A DNA stretch of 64,000 nucleotides from a virus (Duplodnaviria; Caudoviricetes), in the IMG/VR virus record IMGVR_UViG_3300033076_000897, positions 1 to 64,000 of that record; one strand, 5' to 3'. The stretch's first letter is position 1; each line of letters starts with the position of its first letter. This document shows, one piece after another, positions 17,979-27,458 of the stretch. Made by a program: the position numbers and the translations under genes. The notes under the pieces were generated by a model. That model saw nothing but the letters and a program-made list of their open reading frames with translations, did not search any database and was not told the origin of the DNA.

Positions 17979-19781
17979 TTAACCGTCGCAGCTCAAACAG
18001 TCTGGATTCATTGCTCTAGTGGCGATGTCTCCTCTGAGAACTGATTCAGTACGCATATAGTAAAGAGTTTTGATGCCTTGTTTGTAGGCTTCCAAGTGAA
18101 CTTGGTTGATGAATTTAGGATCAACTTCGTTAGGGAAAGCCAAATTCAAAGACACCGATTGGTCAACGTATTGTTGTCTGATTCCCGCTTGCTTGATCAA
18201 GTCTAATTGATTGATTTCCTTGAAAGTCAAATAGACTTCTTTTGGACTTACGTATTGATCGATTTCGATAGGATCGATGGTGTCCTTTTTGACTACAGCT
18301 TTCTTTAAGTCAGTTTCACCGATCTTAAGCATGTAATCGTCCAAGAAATCCAAACCTTGAACCGAACCACCATCTTCGAGGATCTTGTCCCAGGTTTCTT
18401 TGTTGTTTTTACCAACCTTCTTAAGAAGAGCTTCCAAGGCTGGATTCTTACGAATGAAAGTTCCTTTAGCAGTTTGTTCAGTAAAGACGTTGGCTGCCCA
18501 TGGTTCGATACCAGCTGATACGTTACCAGAAAGTTTAGAGTTACTTACAGTTGGTGCAATGGCTCTAAGGTGAGTGTTTCTCATTCCAGTACCAACGCAC
18601 CATAGTGGTTCTCCGTATTCTCTTGCCATATCACGACTGGCTCTTTCGCTCTCAATTTGAAGTTGGCTGAAGATCTTGCGAGTTTCAAACTGTGCCAATA
18701 AACCTTCAAACGGAATGTTACGCTCCTGTAAATATGTGTGCCATCCAAGAACTCCAAGCCCAAGTGCTCTACCTTTTTCTGCTGAACGAACTGAGTTTTC
18801 AAAACCTCTCATGTACTTCGCTCTATGAATGAACTCTTCTAAAACACCGTCCAAGAACCATGTTGCAGTGTACACTAGGTCTGTGTTTTTCCACTCGTCG
18901 TATTTTGCCAAGTTTAAAGAGCTTAAGCAACAAACGAAAGAGTGATTTTCGTCAGTGTGTAAAGTGATCTCAGAACAAATGTTGGTCATGTAAACCTTAA
19001 GGTTGTTCTTTTTGTAAGCTTCAGGGCCCTGACGATTAACGTTGCCTTTGTACATGATGTATGGCTCTCCTGTAGCTTTACGCTTTCTAAGAACTGCAGC
19101 CCAACGTTTACGTGCATCTTTGTCTCCCATTTCCAATTTGTCCATGAAATCATCAGAGACGATAACGCATTGATGCATGTTGAGCGCTTGGCGATTCACG
19201 TCGCCCTTAGGCTCACGAATCTCTAACCATTCCCAGAAATCTCCGTGCTCGATGTCGATGTTTACAGAAGCTGCACCTCTGCGAACCGAACCTTGATTGG
19301 TTGCCAAAATAGAAGAATCGTAGATCTTAATGAAAGGAACAACACCATCGGATGTACCGTTCTGTGAGATCACTGTTCCTGCAGGTCTAATCATATTGAC
19401 ACCGATACCGACACCTCCACCGTGTTTCGCTAACAGCATCAATTCTCTGTTCTTGGTTCCAATCTCGTCGATAGAATCACCAACATCGATACCAAAGCAA
19501 GAAATGGGCAAGCCTCTTTCTGTTCCAGTGTTTGATAAAACTGGAGTTGCTAAGTTTAACCAACCCTTCCAAATGTAATCAAAGAACTTGCTTGCTAATT
19601 CTGGCTTTTTAAGCCTTTTGGCTACCGCTGTAGCCACGCGCCAATATGCGTCTTTTGGTGTTTCACCTTGTAAAAGATAACCTTTGCTGATTGTCTTTAC
19701 GTAAATCTCTGTATTCCCCCAGACCGGAAAATCGACTCCGATTTCCCAACCAAAAGGTTCTCCATAGTTTGTATTGTCCAT
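17979..19781 (-). CDS. nrdA: Ribonucleotide reductase class I alpha subunit (no ATP cone)
   Basis: ATPVLSN, ISCF, GGGVG, RRGA, TNICSEI, GLGVLG, IAPTVS, KTLYY and C-terminal CLSC. Confidence 0.96.
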   Translation of the reverse strand: MDNTNYGEPFGWEIGVDFPVWGNTEIYVKTISKGYLLQGETPKDAYWRVATAVAKRLKKPELASKFFDYIWKGWLNLATPVLSNTGTERGLPISCFGIDVGDSIDEIGTKNRELMLLAKHGGGVGIGVNMIRPAGTVISQNGTSDGVVPFIKIYDSSILATNQGSVRRGAASVNIDIEHGDFWEWLEIREPKGDVNRQALNMHQCVIVSDDFMDKLEMGDKDARKRWAAVLRKRKATGEPYIMYKGNVNRQGPEAYKKNNLKVYMTNICSEITLHTDENHSFVCCLSSLNLAKYDEWKNTDLVYTATWFLDGVLEEFIHRAKYMRGFENSVRSAEKGRALGLGVLGWHTYLQERNIPFEGLLAQFETRKIFSQLQIESERASRDMAREYGEPLWCVGTGMRNTHLRAIAPTVSNSKLSGNVSAGIEPWAANVFTEQTAKGTFIRKNPALEALLKKVGKNNKETWDKILEDGGSVQGLDFLDDYMLKIGETDLKKAVVKKDTIDPIEIDQYVSPKEVYLTFKEINQLDLIKQAGIRQQYVDQSVSLNLAFPNEVDPKFINQVHLEAYKQGIKTLYYMRTESVLRGDIATRAMNPDCLSCDG

Positions 19782-19795
19782 ATTTTGTTTAATTT

Positions 19796-20803
19796 TTAAT
19801 CGAATAAGTCATCTGCATCCCAGTTTTCGTCTTCTCCAGCCTTTGAATAGTCTGTAGGTCGAATAGCAAAGAAATCAGTGTGAGTGTGTCCTCCTGTGAG
19901 GTGATAGAACCAATCTAGTTCTGCTGCTTTAACATCGTCGTAAGAGAATTTAGGCTCGTAACCCAATTCAACTAGTTTTTCATTGGCTCTTTTAGTGATG
20001 AAGTGCTTAAGATCATCTGCTTTCATGTTTTCTAGGTCACCCATTTCAAACATTTTATCGATGAACTTATGTTCCATTTGAATCATTAATTCAGCTGCGT
20101 GTTCAACTTCGCTTCTAACTTCGTCTTTTAAAGATGGATACTCTTCACACATGTGTCTAAATAATTGGCAACCCATTTTCGAGTGAAGTGATTCATCGCG
20201 AACCGACCATTTCATTTGTTGCCCGATACCTTTTAAGAGGTTACGCATCTGGAAAGAATAAAGTACAGCGAAAGAAGAATACAATGAAACCCCTTCAGCA
20301 AATGCTGAGAAAATAGCTAATGATCTAGCAACTTCTCTTCTAGCTCTAGCATTAGTAGCTAAATCTTCTGGTGTGTAATCTGCTTCAACAGATGTTAAGT
20401 GTTCAAACTTTTCTGCAATTGCAGGTTCATGTAAGAATGCTTTAAAATCTTCTAGTCCCAGAGTTTCGTTTAGATAGGAATATGCAGTTGCATGAATGGT
20501 CTCTTGTGAACCAAAAATCATAGCCATCTGTTTGATCTCGTGTTTAGGGAACCACTTTGTAACCATTCCTGTCCAGTAATCTGATACTGCACACTCGGTT
20601 TGTGCGAACCCTAGTAAAATATTTCCTACTAAATTCTTTTCATGTGGTAGCAAGTTTTCGTTCCAATCTTTAACGTCACCTTGCATGGAGATTTCTGTGT
20701 GAAGCCAGAAGGCTTGCGCTTGTTTTAACCAACCCTCGGTGTAGTAAACCGGGTATTCGAACGGTTTGAATTCTACTCTTTCTCTAAATAGTCCTTTTAT
20801 CAT
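19796..20803 (-). CDS. nrdB: Ribonucleotide reductase class I beta subunit
   Basis: FKPFEYP, FW...EI.M..D, ETIH..AY, AEGVSLYSSF, RDESLH, DFFA.RPTDY. Confidence 0.96.
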   Translation of the reverse strand: MIKGLFRERVEFKPFEYPVYYTEGWLKQAQAFWLHTEISMQGDVKDWNENLLPHEKNLVGNILLGFAQTECAVSDYWTGMVTKWFPKHEIKQMAMIFGSQETIHATAYSYLNETLGLEDFKAFLHEPAIAEKFEHLTSVEADYTPEDLATNARARREVARSLAIFSAFAEGVSLYSSFAVLYSFQMRNLLKGIGQQMKWSVRDESLHSKMGCQLFRHMCEEYPSLKDEVRSEVEHAAELMIQMEHKFIDKMFEMGDLENMKADDLKHFITKRANEKLVELGYEPKFSYDDVKAAELDWFYHLTGGHTHTDFFAIRPTDYSKAGEDENWDADDLFD

Positions 20804-20842
20804 TTTTCAAAATCTCAATTTTTTTAAAAACCTCCTAAGCCC

Positions 20843-20878
20843 AAAAAAGGTCTACTTGTTGCGACAAATAGACCCTTT
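20843..20878 (-). terminator. Terminator-like hairpin between the polymerase N-subunit gene and nrdB
   Basis: GGTCTA-TTTGT-CGCA-ACAAG-TAGACC followed by T6. Confidence 0.65.
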
Positions 20879-20892
20879 GACCAGTGGTTTTT

Positions 20893-20900
20893 TATATATC
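20893..20900 (-). promoter_or_regulatory. GATATATA motif upstream of nrdB
   Basis: Exact late-type motif, but followed by a terminator-like hairpin. Confidence 0.5.
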
Positions 20901-20925
20901 ACTGATCTTGGTCTTTTGTGAATTT

Positions 20926-22335
20926 TTATTGCTTCATTTTAGCAATTTTTTCTCGAACTTCATCGGCTCTTGTCGATAGCTTATACGATAAACCTTTGTA
21001 ATGTTTTCGCTTTGCGTACAAATCGTTTAAGATTTCTTTCAAAATAGATGTTTCTGTCTTGTAGACTACGCCATTTTCACATACAATGACGCTTTTATCA
21101 GCTCTTCTTTCTTTAATGTCAGCAACATTAATTTTTTCTACGAATACATCAGGTGAAATATTGAACTGACGCATAATTGATGGATAAAGAGAAGCAAAGT
21201 CAAATGCAGAAACACCTTTGTGGTAACCTGCGATCGGATCCTTTACGAAAGCACCTTCATATTGTTCTTCCTTTTTAGAATCTTCGCGAGGTTCTGTACC
21301 GATTCGTTGATCCCTTAAAGCCAACGTTCTGGCTAAAAGCGCTTCAGTAACTGCTACTGGAGAAGCTGCTTTATATAACGGCATTTGGGTGATGTTGGCC
21401 AAGGTCAATAGAACCTCCATTGATTTCAACTTTTGATCAATGTAATAAACCAGCAATGAGTCGACTACGTTGTAGTAAACAAACTTAGTGAAGTCAGATT
21501 GGTAGAGCTCATTGAATGATCCAGAGAATTTGATCTTCTGTACTTTCAAGACTTGACTCGCAACATAGTCCAATCGATTTGACTCTTTTACTTTTACTGA
21601 ACGATCGTATTTGTCGTAAAGTTGCATGTAGTCAAGAATGCCCATGTGCAGCGGACGAGAGTCTGTGTTGTCAACTTCTTTGGTCTTAGCCGAATCCTTA
21701 ATATCGATCTGGAGGCGCTTGCAACGATTGACAATGTATTGCCAGTCGTAGTTAATAAAGTTCCAACCTGTCATCATAGGGAATTTAGGCATGAACTTAT
21801 AGATGAAGGTGTACAACATATCGTACTCGCTCTTGAATTTGATGTACTTGAATGTCCACTCATCACCGAATTCTTTAACGTATTCGTTGGTGTCCTTTTC
21901 GATCTTAGCAATGCGATCTTCAGCCAAATCCTCAAGACCCAAAACAATTGCTTGTTTGTTTGGTGTAATGATAGAAAAAGTCAAGATGCGACTCTTGGCT
22001 TCTTCTGGTTTTGGGAAACCATCGACGATCTCGGTCTCAATATCGACGAAATACGTCTTTGGCATGTTGTAAGCATGGATCTCTTCGCGATCTCTTTCAG
22101 GAAGAGAATCCATAAAATAGACTAAAGAAAACTTGTTAAAGTTTCTAGATGCACCGAGTTTGATAGACTTACCGTCCCAATTCTTGTAAGTAGGATGTTT
22201 CCCACGATCTTTATCGTCGCAAACGTACCAATTTTGGAACTCATCGATCGGGTATCTTTTAAATGCAACTTCACCCTCTTTGTTGTAGTAGCTAACAATG
22301 ACTTCGTTTTTTCTTTGTTCAATATCCAGTAGCAT
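20926..22335 (-). CDS. gp43: Family B DNA polymerase, N-terminal subunit (3'-5' exonuclease and palm motif A)
   Basis: DIETE (ExoI), GWNFINYDWQY (ExoII), YNVVD (ExoIII), YEGAFV, FDFASLYPSIM (motif A); ends shortly after the KRKHYK fingers helix. Confidence 0.93.
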   Translation of the reverse strand: MLLDIEQRKNEVIVSYYNKEGEVAFKRYPIDEFQNWYVCDDKDRGKHPTYKNWDGKSIKLGASRNFNKFSLVYFMDSLPERDREEIHAYNMPKTYFVDIETEIVDGFPKPEEAKSRILTFSIITPNKQAIVLGLEDLAEDRIAKIEKDTNEYVKEFGDEWTFKYIKFKSEYDMLYTFIYKFMPKFPMMTGWNFINYDWQYIVNRCKRLQIDIKDSAKTKEVDNTDSRPLHMGILDYMQLYDKYDRSVKVKESNRLDYVASQVLKVQKIKFSGSFNELYQSDFTKFVYYNVVDSLLVYYIDQKLKSMEVLLTLANITQMPLYKAASPVAVTEALLARTLALRDQRIGTEPREDSKKEEQYEGAFVKDPIAGYHKGVSAFDFASLYPSIMRQFNISPDVFVEKINVADIKERRADKSVIVCENGVVYKTETSILKEILNDLYAKRKHYKGLSYKLSTRADEVREKIAKMKQ

Positions 22336-22802
22336 TAGTATCCACGCTTTTGACGGTTCTTATTCTCTTCAGCTTTTGCAAAATAGTAGTTGTAAACTGT
22401 GCGAGCGTCCAATCCAATTGAAGCTGCATAGTTAATAAAGAAGTGAAGCACATCGATCCACTCCATGAACAATTCCTTTTTGTCGTTTTCTGACAAATCA
22501 GAGATCTTCATCGTGTCGTACATCTTGTGATCCTTCTTCCAATACTTCCAAACTGCGTTGCCGGAACCGTCTTTGATACCACCAAGGGCATCTGTCATCT
22601 CGTGAAGTTCATCGATGACTGCGTGAGTGTTTACGTGCCAAAAGTTCATGATCTCACGAATAGTCATGTCTTCGAACTTAATGCCGTAAGTTGTTTCTTG
22701 CATCTCTTTCTGATGCTTCATAATGTCTTCCAAATGGGTTTTTGATTGATCATAGAAGTCGTTAACTTCTAGATCCTTACATTCATTGTCTATGTTTGCC
22801 AT
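22335..22802 (-). CDS. Dimeric all-alpha dUTPase/dCTPase-like nucleotide pyrophosphatase
   Basis: DELHE, WKYWKK, EWIDVLHF, K..EN..RQ..GY motifs. Confidence 0.85.
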   Translation of the reverse strand: MANIDNECKDLEVNDFYDQSKTHLEDIMKHQKEMQETTYGIKFEDMTIREIMNFWHVNTHAVIDELHEMTDALGGIKDGSGNAVWKYWKKDHKMYDTMKISDLSENDKKELFMEWIDVLHFFINYAASIGLDARTVYNYYFAKAEENKNRQKRGY

Positions 22803-22815
22803 AAATATTTTTCTT

Positions 22816-22844
22816 TTTATATCTTAAACCAGAGTTTTGTTTCG
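22816..22844 (-). promoter_or_regulatory. Putative early/middle promoter CGAAAC-N17-TATAAA (dUTPase, polymerase N-subunit)
   Basis: Bipartite motif with 17-nt spacer. Confidence 0.7.
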
Positions 22845-24089
22845 TACTCTTTCTGCACAATCTTTGGCTTGAATGATATTGTCTTCGATAGAACAGTAGG
22901 TCCATGACCCGTATCTCCCGATAGAATAAATGCCTCTTTCGTTGTTTTCCTTCGACCAAGAGTTGTATTGAGCTTCGCTTTCTTTAGTGATATGAACATA
23001 AGCTGGATTCATCACAATAAACTGATGATCAACTAATTCGTGCACTCCGTCCTCAACTACGCCCACATCCTCTAAGTCTGCAAGAACCTGCATCAGCAAT
23101 TCGGTTTCGTTCAACGCCTGATCAGTCTTAGCTCCTATTTCAACATACAGGCTCATCCTGTCAGATCCAAGTATATTGTTATAAAAACCTACTCTGTAGA
23201 ATACTTCGTTGCCTGGGTAGTATCGCCAATGCGTTTTGATGTCGGTTGGCTTATTAAAGCCTAAATTGAAAACTGCAACCTTGTTTGAAGTCAAATTGTT
23301 TGTCTCTCCACCTGTCAATTTCATTAAAACGTTGAAAGGCAACGTACTTACTAGGTTTTCAAACTGGATGACTTCGGTTTCTGTATAAGCTAGTTTCTTT
23401 TCAAGGTCCAACTTAACAATCGATGTGTTTGTCATGATTCGATCTGCATCGACTCTCTTTAGAAGAGAATTGACAAACTCGATGCTACCACCCACTGGGT
23501 ATATGAAGTGATCGTTGTAAGAGACATAGTCTTGTTTGTTGGCTAGCCTTTCCATCATTTGATCAAAGCTCATTGGTTTTGGGAAGAATCTACCCATGGC
23601 GTCAGCGTCCAATTGGTTCAGGTCTGTTGCATACAACTTTTCGTTGTAAGGTATCAAGAACCTATCAGCGATTGCTGAACCCATCGAAGATTTCACATAC
23701 TCTTTAAAGTTGGTCGAATCTATCTCTTTGGCGTTGTAAAGGTCCAACATGCACTCAATGAAATCGGATTTTGGCAGCTGATCCACGTTGTATTGAAAAG
23801 GAAAGTCCACGATACTGCCTTTGTAATCGATGTCAGTGATCTTCTTGACTTCTAAAACCTCACAGGACATATTTTCCATCACATAGTCTTTGATCTCTTG
23901 GTTTCTAAAGTGAAAAAAGTGACCACTGTAGTCCCATACAAATCCGTTTCTGATGGTAGTTTTACAGTAACCACCACACGTATCTTCTCTTTCAATGATC
24001 AGATAGTCTTTATTATGCAAAAAGGAGGCAACAGAAAGTCCTGTGATGCCTCCTCCAATGATTAAAGTTTCAGTCTTACGCATGCTCAA
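22824..24089 (-). CDS. FAD-dependent oxidoreductase, UDP-galactopyranose mutase/HemY-like
   Basis: IIGGGITG dinucleotide motif, GG.C.T...GFVWDYSGHFFH, PYNEKLY, GRYGSWTY. Confidence 0.8.
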   Translation of the reverse strand: MSMRKTETLIIGGGITGLSVASFLHNKDYLIIEREDTCGGYCKTTIRNGFVWDYSGHFFHFRNQEIKDYVMENMSCEVLEVKKITDIDYKGSIVDFPFQYNVDQLPKSDFIECMLDLYNAKEIDSTNFKEYVKSSMGSAIADRFLIPYNEKLYATDLNQLDADAMGRFFPKPMSFDQMMERLANKQDYVSYNDHFIYPVGGSIEFVNSLLKRVDADRIMTNTSIVKLDLEKKLAYTETEVIQFENLVSTLPFNVLMKLTGGETNNLTSNKVAVFNLGFNKPTDIKTHWRYYPGNEVFYRVGFYNNILGSDRMSLYVEIGAKTDQALNETELLMQVLADLEDVGVVEDGVHELVDHQFIVMNPAYVHITKESEAQYNSWSKENNERGIYSIGRYGSWTYCSIEDNIIQAKDCAERVRNKTLV

Positions 24090-25239
24090 CTTCTAATGCT
24101 TTAAAGTAATTTAGGTTTTCTTGAAGTCTAGGTCTAGTGAAAGCAAATCTTTCGTCGTCGATGATTTGTTCGATCAAATTCATACCCTCTTCTTTTCTAC
24201 CAGTCCAATAACATGCTACTGAAAGTTCGTCATTGATATAATCGTTGTAACATGTTTCTGACACGAATAAGATATATTTTCGTTGTGCTTCTTCTAAAGA
24301 AATCTCTGAAGCTTTTTTCAAGTACTTATAAGCTAATTCATGTCTACTATTTCTATTAAGGTAAGTGCCCAGGTGGAAATATGGTTCTGCTCTGTCAGGG
24401 AAAATAGCAATGGCTTTTTCCATCTCGGCGATAATTTCATTGATGTCCCCGTTCAAATACATTAAACATCTTGAGATTCTCATTTGAGCTTCAAACCTCT
24501 CTTCTATCCATGCACCTTCCAATCTTGTATAAAGCTTATTCCATTGTAGTGCCTTTCTAATGGCATCAAATTCACCGTTACTTGTACCGTAGTCCATATA
24601 ACTCTGAGCGCAATAGAAAACAGAACGATAGTTCAACCCGTCTGGATCCTCAACCAAAGTGTCCCAAAATTGTTTTTCTAATCGTTCCGCATCGTATAGG
24701 TATTTTTTAGGATCAAATGCTCTTGATCCTACTCCGTCAGCAATTACATAACCTCTATCTGAAAGATCACCAACGTTATAATTAGGTCTCTCAAGGCACT
24801 TAATGATGGTGTGTGCGGTTCCACAAAACTTCCAATGAACTCTATTGTCGTAGATCACAGTTGCTTTCCAAGTAGAAGTACCTCGACGCATTGTCATGTA
24901 ATACGTATCAAAGCCTGCATCTTCAGCGTTGAAGCTAAAATCACCAGCCAAAATATCGTCAGCATCCAAGTGCAACACGTAGTCGGTTTTACCGAAAACG
25001 TATTCCATCATCATGTTCTTGTTTTTATCGAAGCCAAACCATTCGTCTCTGTGAATTTCTCCAGGAATTCCGGTTCTATCCATAAATTCCTGAACGATTT
25101 CTAATGTTCTATCAGTTGATCCATTGTCAGCGACTACTAAGTAATCGATGTATGGTGCCACAGCTTCTAAAACTGTACCGATGATGTGTTCTTCGTTTTT
25201 ACACATCGTAGCAAACGCGAGTGTTGGTTTCTTATTCAT
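24076..25239 (-). CDS. GT2 glycosyltransferase with TPR-like C-terminus
   Basis: KNEE, DNGSTDRT, LDADD (DxD); helical repeats with KAIAIFPDRAEPYFHLG. Confidence 0.88.
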   Translation of the reverse strand: MNKKPTLAFATMCKNEEHIIGTVLEAVAPYIDYLVVADNGSTDRTLEIVQEFMDRTGIPGEIHRDEWFGFDKNKNMMMEYVFGKTDYVLHLDADDILAGDFSFNAEDAGFDTYYMTMRRGTSTWKATVIYDNRVHWKFCGTAHTIIKCLERPNYNVGDLSDRGYVIADGVGSRAFDPKKYLYDAERLEKQFWDTLVEDPDGLNYRSVFYCAQSYMDYGTSNGEFDAIRKALQWNKLYTRLEGAWIEERFEAQMRISRCLMYLNGDINEIIAEMEKAIAIFPDRAEPYFHLGTYLNRNSRHELAYKYLKKASEISLEEAQRKYILFVSETCYNDYINDELSVACYWTGRKEEGMNLIEQIIDDERFAFTRPRLQENLNYFKALEVEHA

Positions 25240-26533
25240 AAACGTAGTTTAAAATTTGTTCTTTGTCACCGAACATCAAAGCTGATCGGTCGTTTTGTAA
25301 TTTTCTAGAGTGGCCGTTTTCTGGCAACCACTCATGGTCGATGCAACCCATTTCTAAGATTCTATCGTGAATGGCTCGATCGTAATAGTCTCTGATCAAT
25401 CTCGCTCTTCTATTGATGTCCTTTGAGTTGTTGTCAACCGTTGAATTTCTGTTGTTAAATTGCAAATAAAGCATCTTTCTTACATGTAAAAACTTACACT
25501 CCAAGAAAGTTTTGACAATTAGTTCGTAGTCATCAGCCACTGAAATGAATCTGTTGTGACCACCGACCTTAGCGTAAACGTCCTTTCTCCAGATTCTAGC
25601 ATGATTAGGCATACCGATGTTGAATCTAATGGTTTTTGGATTGATCTCAGGATACATGTGAGAAATGTAGTTTTGACCATCAGCTATAACCGTTTCGTGT
25701 CCTCCATAACCCCAAACAAACCAATTGTTGGGTGAGTTATACCATTTTCTGTCTGCAGCCACTTCTCCGTAGACTCTCATTTCTCCGTCTTCGTAAAGCT
25801 CGCAAACGTCGGTGTAAATAAAGCCAGCATCTGGATACTGTTGAGAAGCCTTAAGGCACTCTTCAAATAGAGTGGAAATGGCTTGATCGTCATGATCAAG
25901 CTCGAACAACCATCTTCCGTTGCACAAACTTGCTGCTCTGTGTTTTACTTCACCGACGTTACCACCAGAGTTTGGCGTAATCTTCATTGGTTTTACTCGG
26001 TGATCCTTAGCTGCAATTTCTTGTAAAAGGTCCCAAGTTTCAGTGTGATCCAATGGACTATCATCGATGACCACCCATTCCCAATTTGGATAGGTTTGCT
26101 TTCTCAAACCTTCATAAGTTCTTTTGATTCTTTGACCAGTTTTGTAAGTACCAGTAAAGGCTGAAAACAAAGGAGTCTCAGGATCAATGAATCTTTCAGC
26201 TGTTGAGCAAGAATAGAATGTAGATTGACAAACAGTGTCGTTGGCCAAAACATTGGTTGCTGGTTGACCAGAATAGCTCAATAGTTTTGCACGAACCAAA
26301 TGATCGTCCGTTCTAATATGCTTGTGAAGCTCAAAAATCAAATCGCCGACAGCAAAAATTACGTCAGGTTTATATTCAGCAATGTGTTGGTAAATGTTTT
26401 CAGGATTGTCTAAAGAATAGACTATGACCCTTTCGTATAGATTTTCTTCGAAATAAACGTCCGAAGTTGGCTCTAAAATTCCTTTTTGAAAATAACCGTA
26501 GATGATTGCTTTTGGTAAGCTGGTTTTTATCAT
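25232..26533 (-). CDS. GT2 glycosyltransferase
   Basis: QTYPNWEWVVIDDS, ELDHDD, KVGGHN, ADDYEL. Confidence 0.88.
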   Translation of the reverse strand: MIKTSLPKAIIYGYFQKGILEPTSDVYFEENLYERVIVYSLDNPENIYQHIAEYKPDVIFAVGDLIFELHKHIRTDDHLVRAKLLSYSGQPATNVLANDTVCQSTFYSCSTAERFIDPETPLFSAFTGTYKTGQRIKRTYEGLRKQTYPNWEWVVIDDSPLDHTETWDLLQEIAAKDHRVKPMKITPNSGGNVGEVKHRAASLCNGRWLFELDHDDQAISTLFEECLKASQQYPDAGFIYTDVCELYEDGEMRVYGEVAADRKWYNSPNNWFVWGYGGHETVIADGQNYISHMYPEINPKTIRFNIGMPNHARIWRKDVYAKVGGHNRFISVADDYELIVKTFLECKFLHVRKMLYLQFNNRNSTVDNNSKDINRRARLIRDYYDRAIHDRILEMGCIDHEWLPENGHSRKLQNDRSALMFGDKEQILNYVYE

Positions 26534-26541
26534 AGATTTTA

Positions 26542-26570
26542 TTTTTAACTAGTTATGTATTCTAGTTTCT
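26542..26570 (-). promoter_or_regulatory. Putative early/middle promoter AGAAAC-N17-TAAAAA (GT operon)
   Basis: Weaker match to the bipartite motif. Confidence 0.45.
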
Positions 26571-27458
26571 TTGGTACACCTTTATTGATCTAACTATCAT
26601 GGCGCTTTCTCTTGGGTTTTCAGGGTGACTCTCATGTAGTCCGTGACCAAGTACAATGTATTGATGTGCGTCTGATGCGTTGAACCATTTCAAGACTTCT
26701 GGATCAGTGCACTGAAAAACTTGTTTGCCATCGTAGTAGATCTTAATGAAATCCTTTTCCCAGTGACAAGCGTATTGCACCAATCTATCAGTTGCACCTG
26801 CTACTGTATTGTTGAAAGGTCCGTACATTTTCTTAGTACCGTCTTCGATTCGACCGTAGTGTAAATTTGGCTGAATCTTTCTATACATTGTGATTCCTTT
26901 ATCGTAATTTGGACCTTCGTCACTGTAAGCTTCAAAGATATCGATCTCTGGTGGCCAAGTCTTAAGTCCAGTTGTCCAAAATGCGTTCCAATAACTTTGA
27001 CCCTTTGGTAACTGAATCCATGCTTCGATCCAACCGTATTGCCACGCTTCTCTTGTAGTAACCAAACCTACGCCAACTGGAATTACAAATTCTTCTGGCA
27101 TATTTGGTGTTTGTCTCCAATCTGGTAAATCTTTTTTGATGAAACGCTTTGGACTCTTACGAAGTTCAAGAATCAAACCTTCTGGAGCTACATAACTAAG
27201 AGTACCATTATTGTCATAATACTGAGTCAAATTAGTAGGATGAAAATCACCCCATGGATGAGCATAACGCCACTTAGAAGTATCTAATGACGTATCGAAC
27301 TCATCAATAAAAACTGGTTTGTAGTCCTTTGGAGGTGCTACAAATCGATGTTGATGACCTCTAAAATCAGAGGCCCAAAATTTGTTTACAATGTTGGTCT
27401 TTAAATTAACCAACGAATCTTTAAACTTATGTTTGGAGAAGTTATTTAATAGTCCCAT
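26562..27458 (-). CDS. Glycoside hydrolase family 16 (beta-glucanase/laminarinase-like)
   Basis: YGWIEA.IQLP, WNAFW, WPPEIDIFE catalytic ExDxxE motif, IKIYYDG; ATG at 27458 preferred to TTG at 27467. Confidence 0.88.
   Translation of the reverse strand: MGLLNNFSKHKFKDSLVNLKTNIVNKFWASDFRGHQHRFVAPPKDYKPVFIDEFDTSLDTSKWRYAHPWGDFHPTNLTQYYDNNGTLSYVAPEGLILELRKSPKRFIKKDLPDWRQTPNMPEEFVIPVGVGLVTTREAWQYGWIEAWIQLPKGQSYWNAFWTTGLKTWPPEIDIFEAYSDEGPNYDKGITMYRKIQPNLHYGRIEDGTKKMYGPFNNTVAGATDRLVQYACHWEKDFIKIYYDGKQVFQCTDPEVLKWFNASDAHQYIVLGHGLHESHPENPRESAMIVRSIKVYQRN

Noticed and set aside
14963-22335. Split intein, intron or frameshift/pseudogene explanation of the two polymerase ORFs
   Set aside because: No Cys/Ser-start or His-Asn intein termini and no intron-like non-coding sequence; the intervening DNA is intact genes and both halves keep their catalytic motifs.
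22824-24089. Heme-pathway protoporphyrinogen oxidase
   Set aside because: It has the same fold, but overlap with two glycosyltransferases and the GRYGSW.Y ending favour a nucleotide-sugar enzyme; there are no other heme genes in the window.
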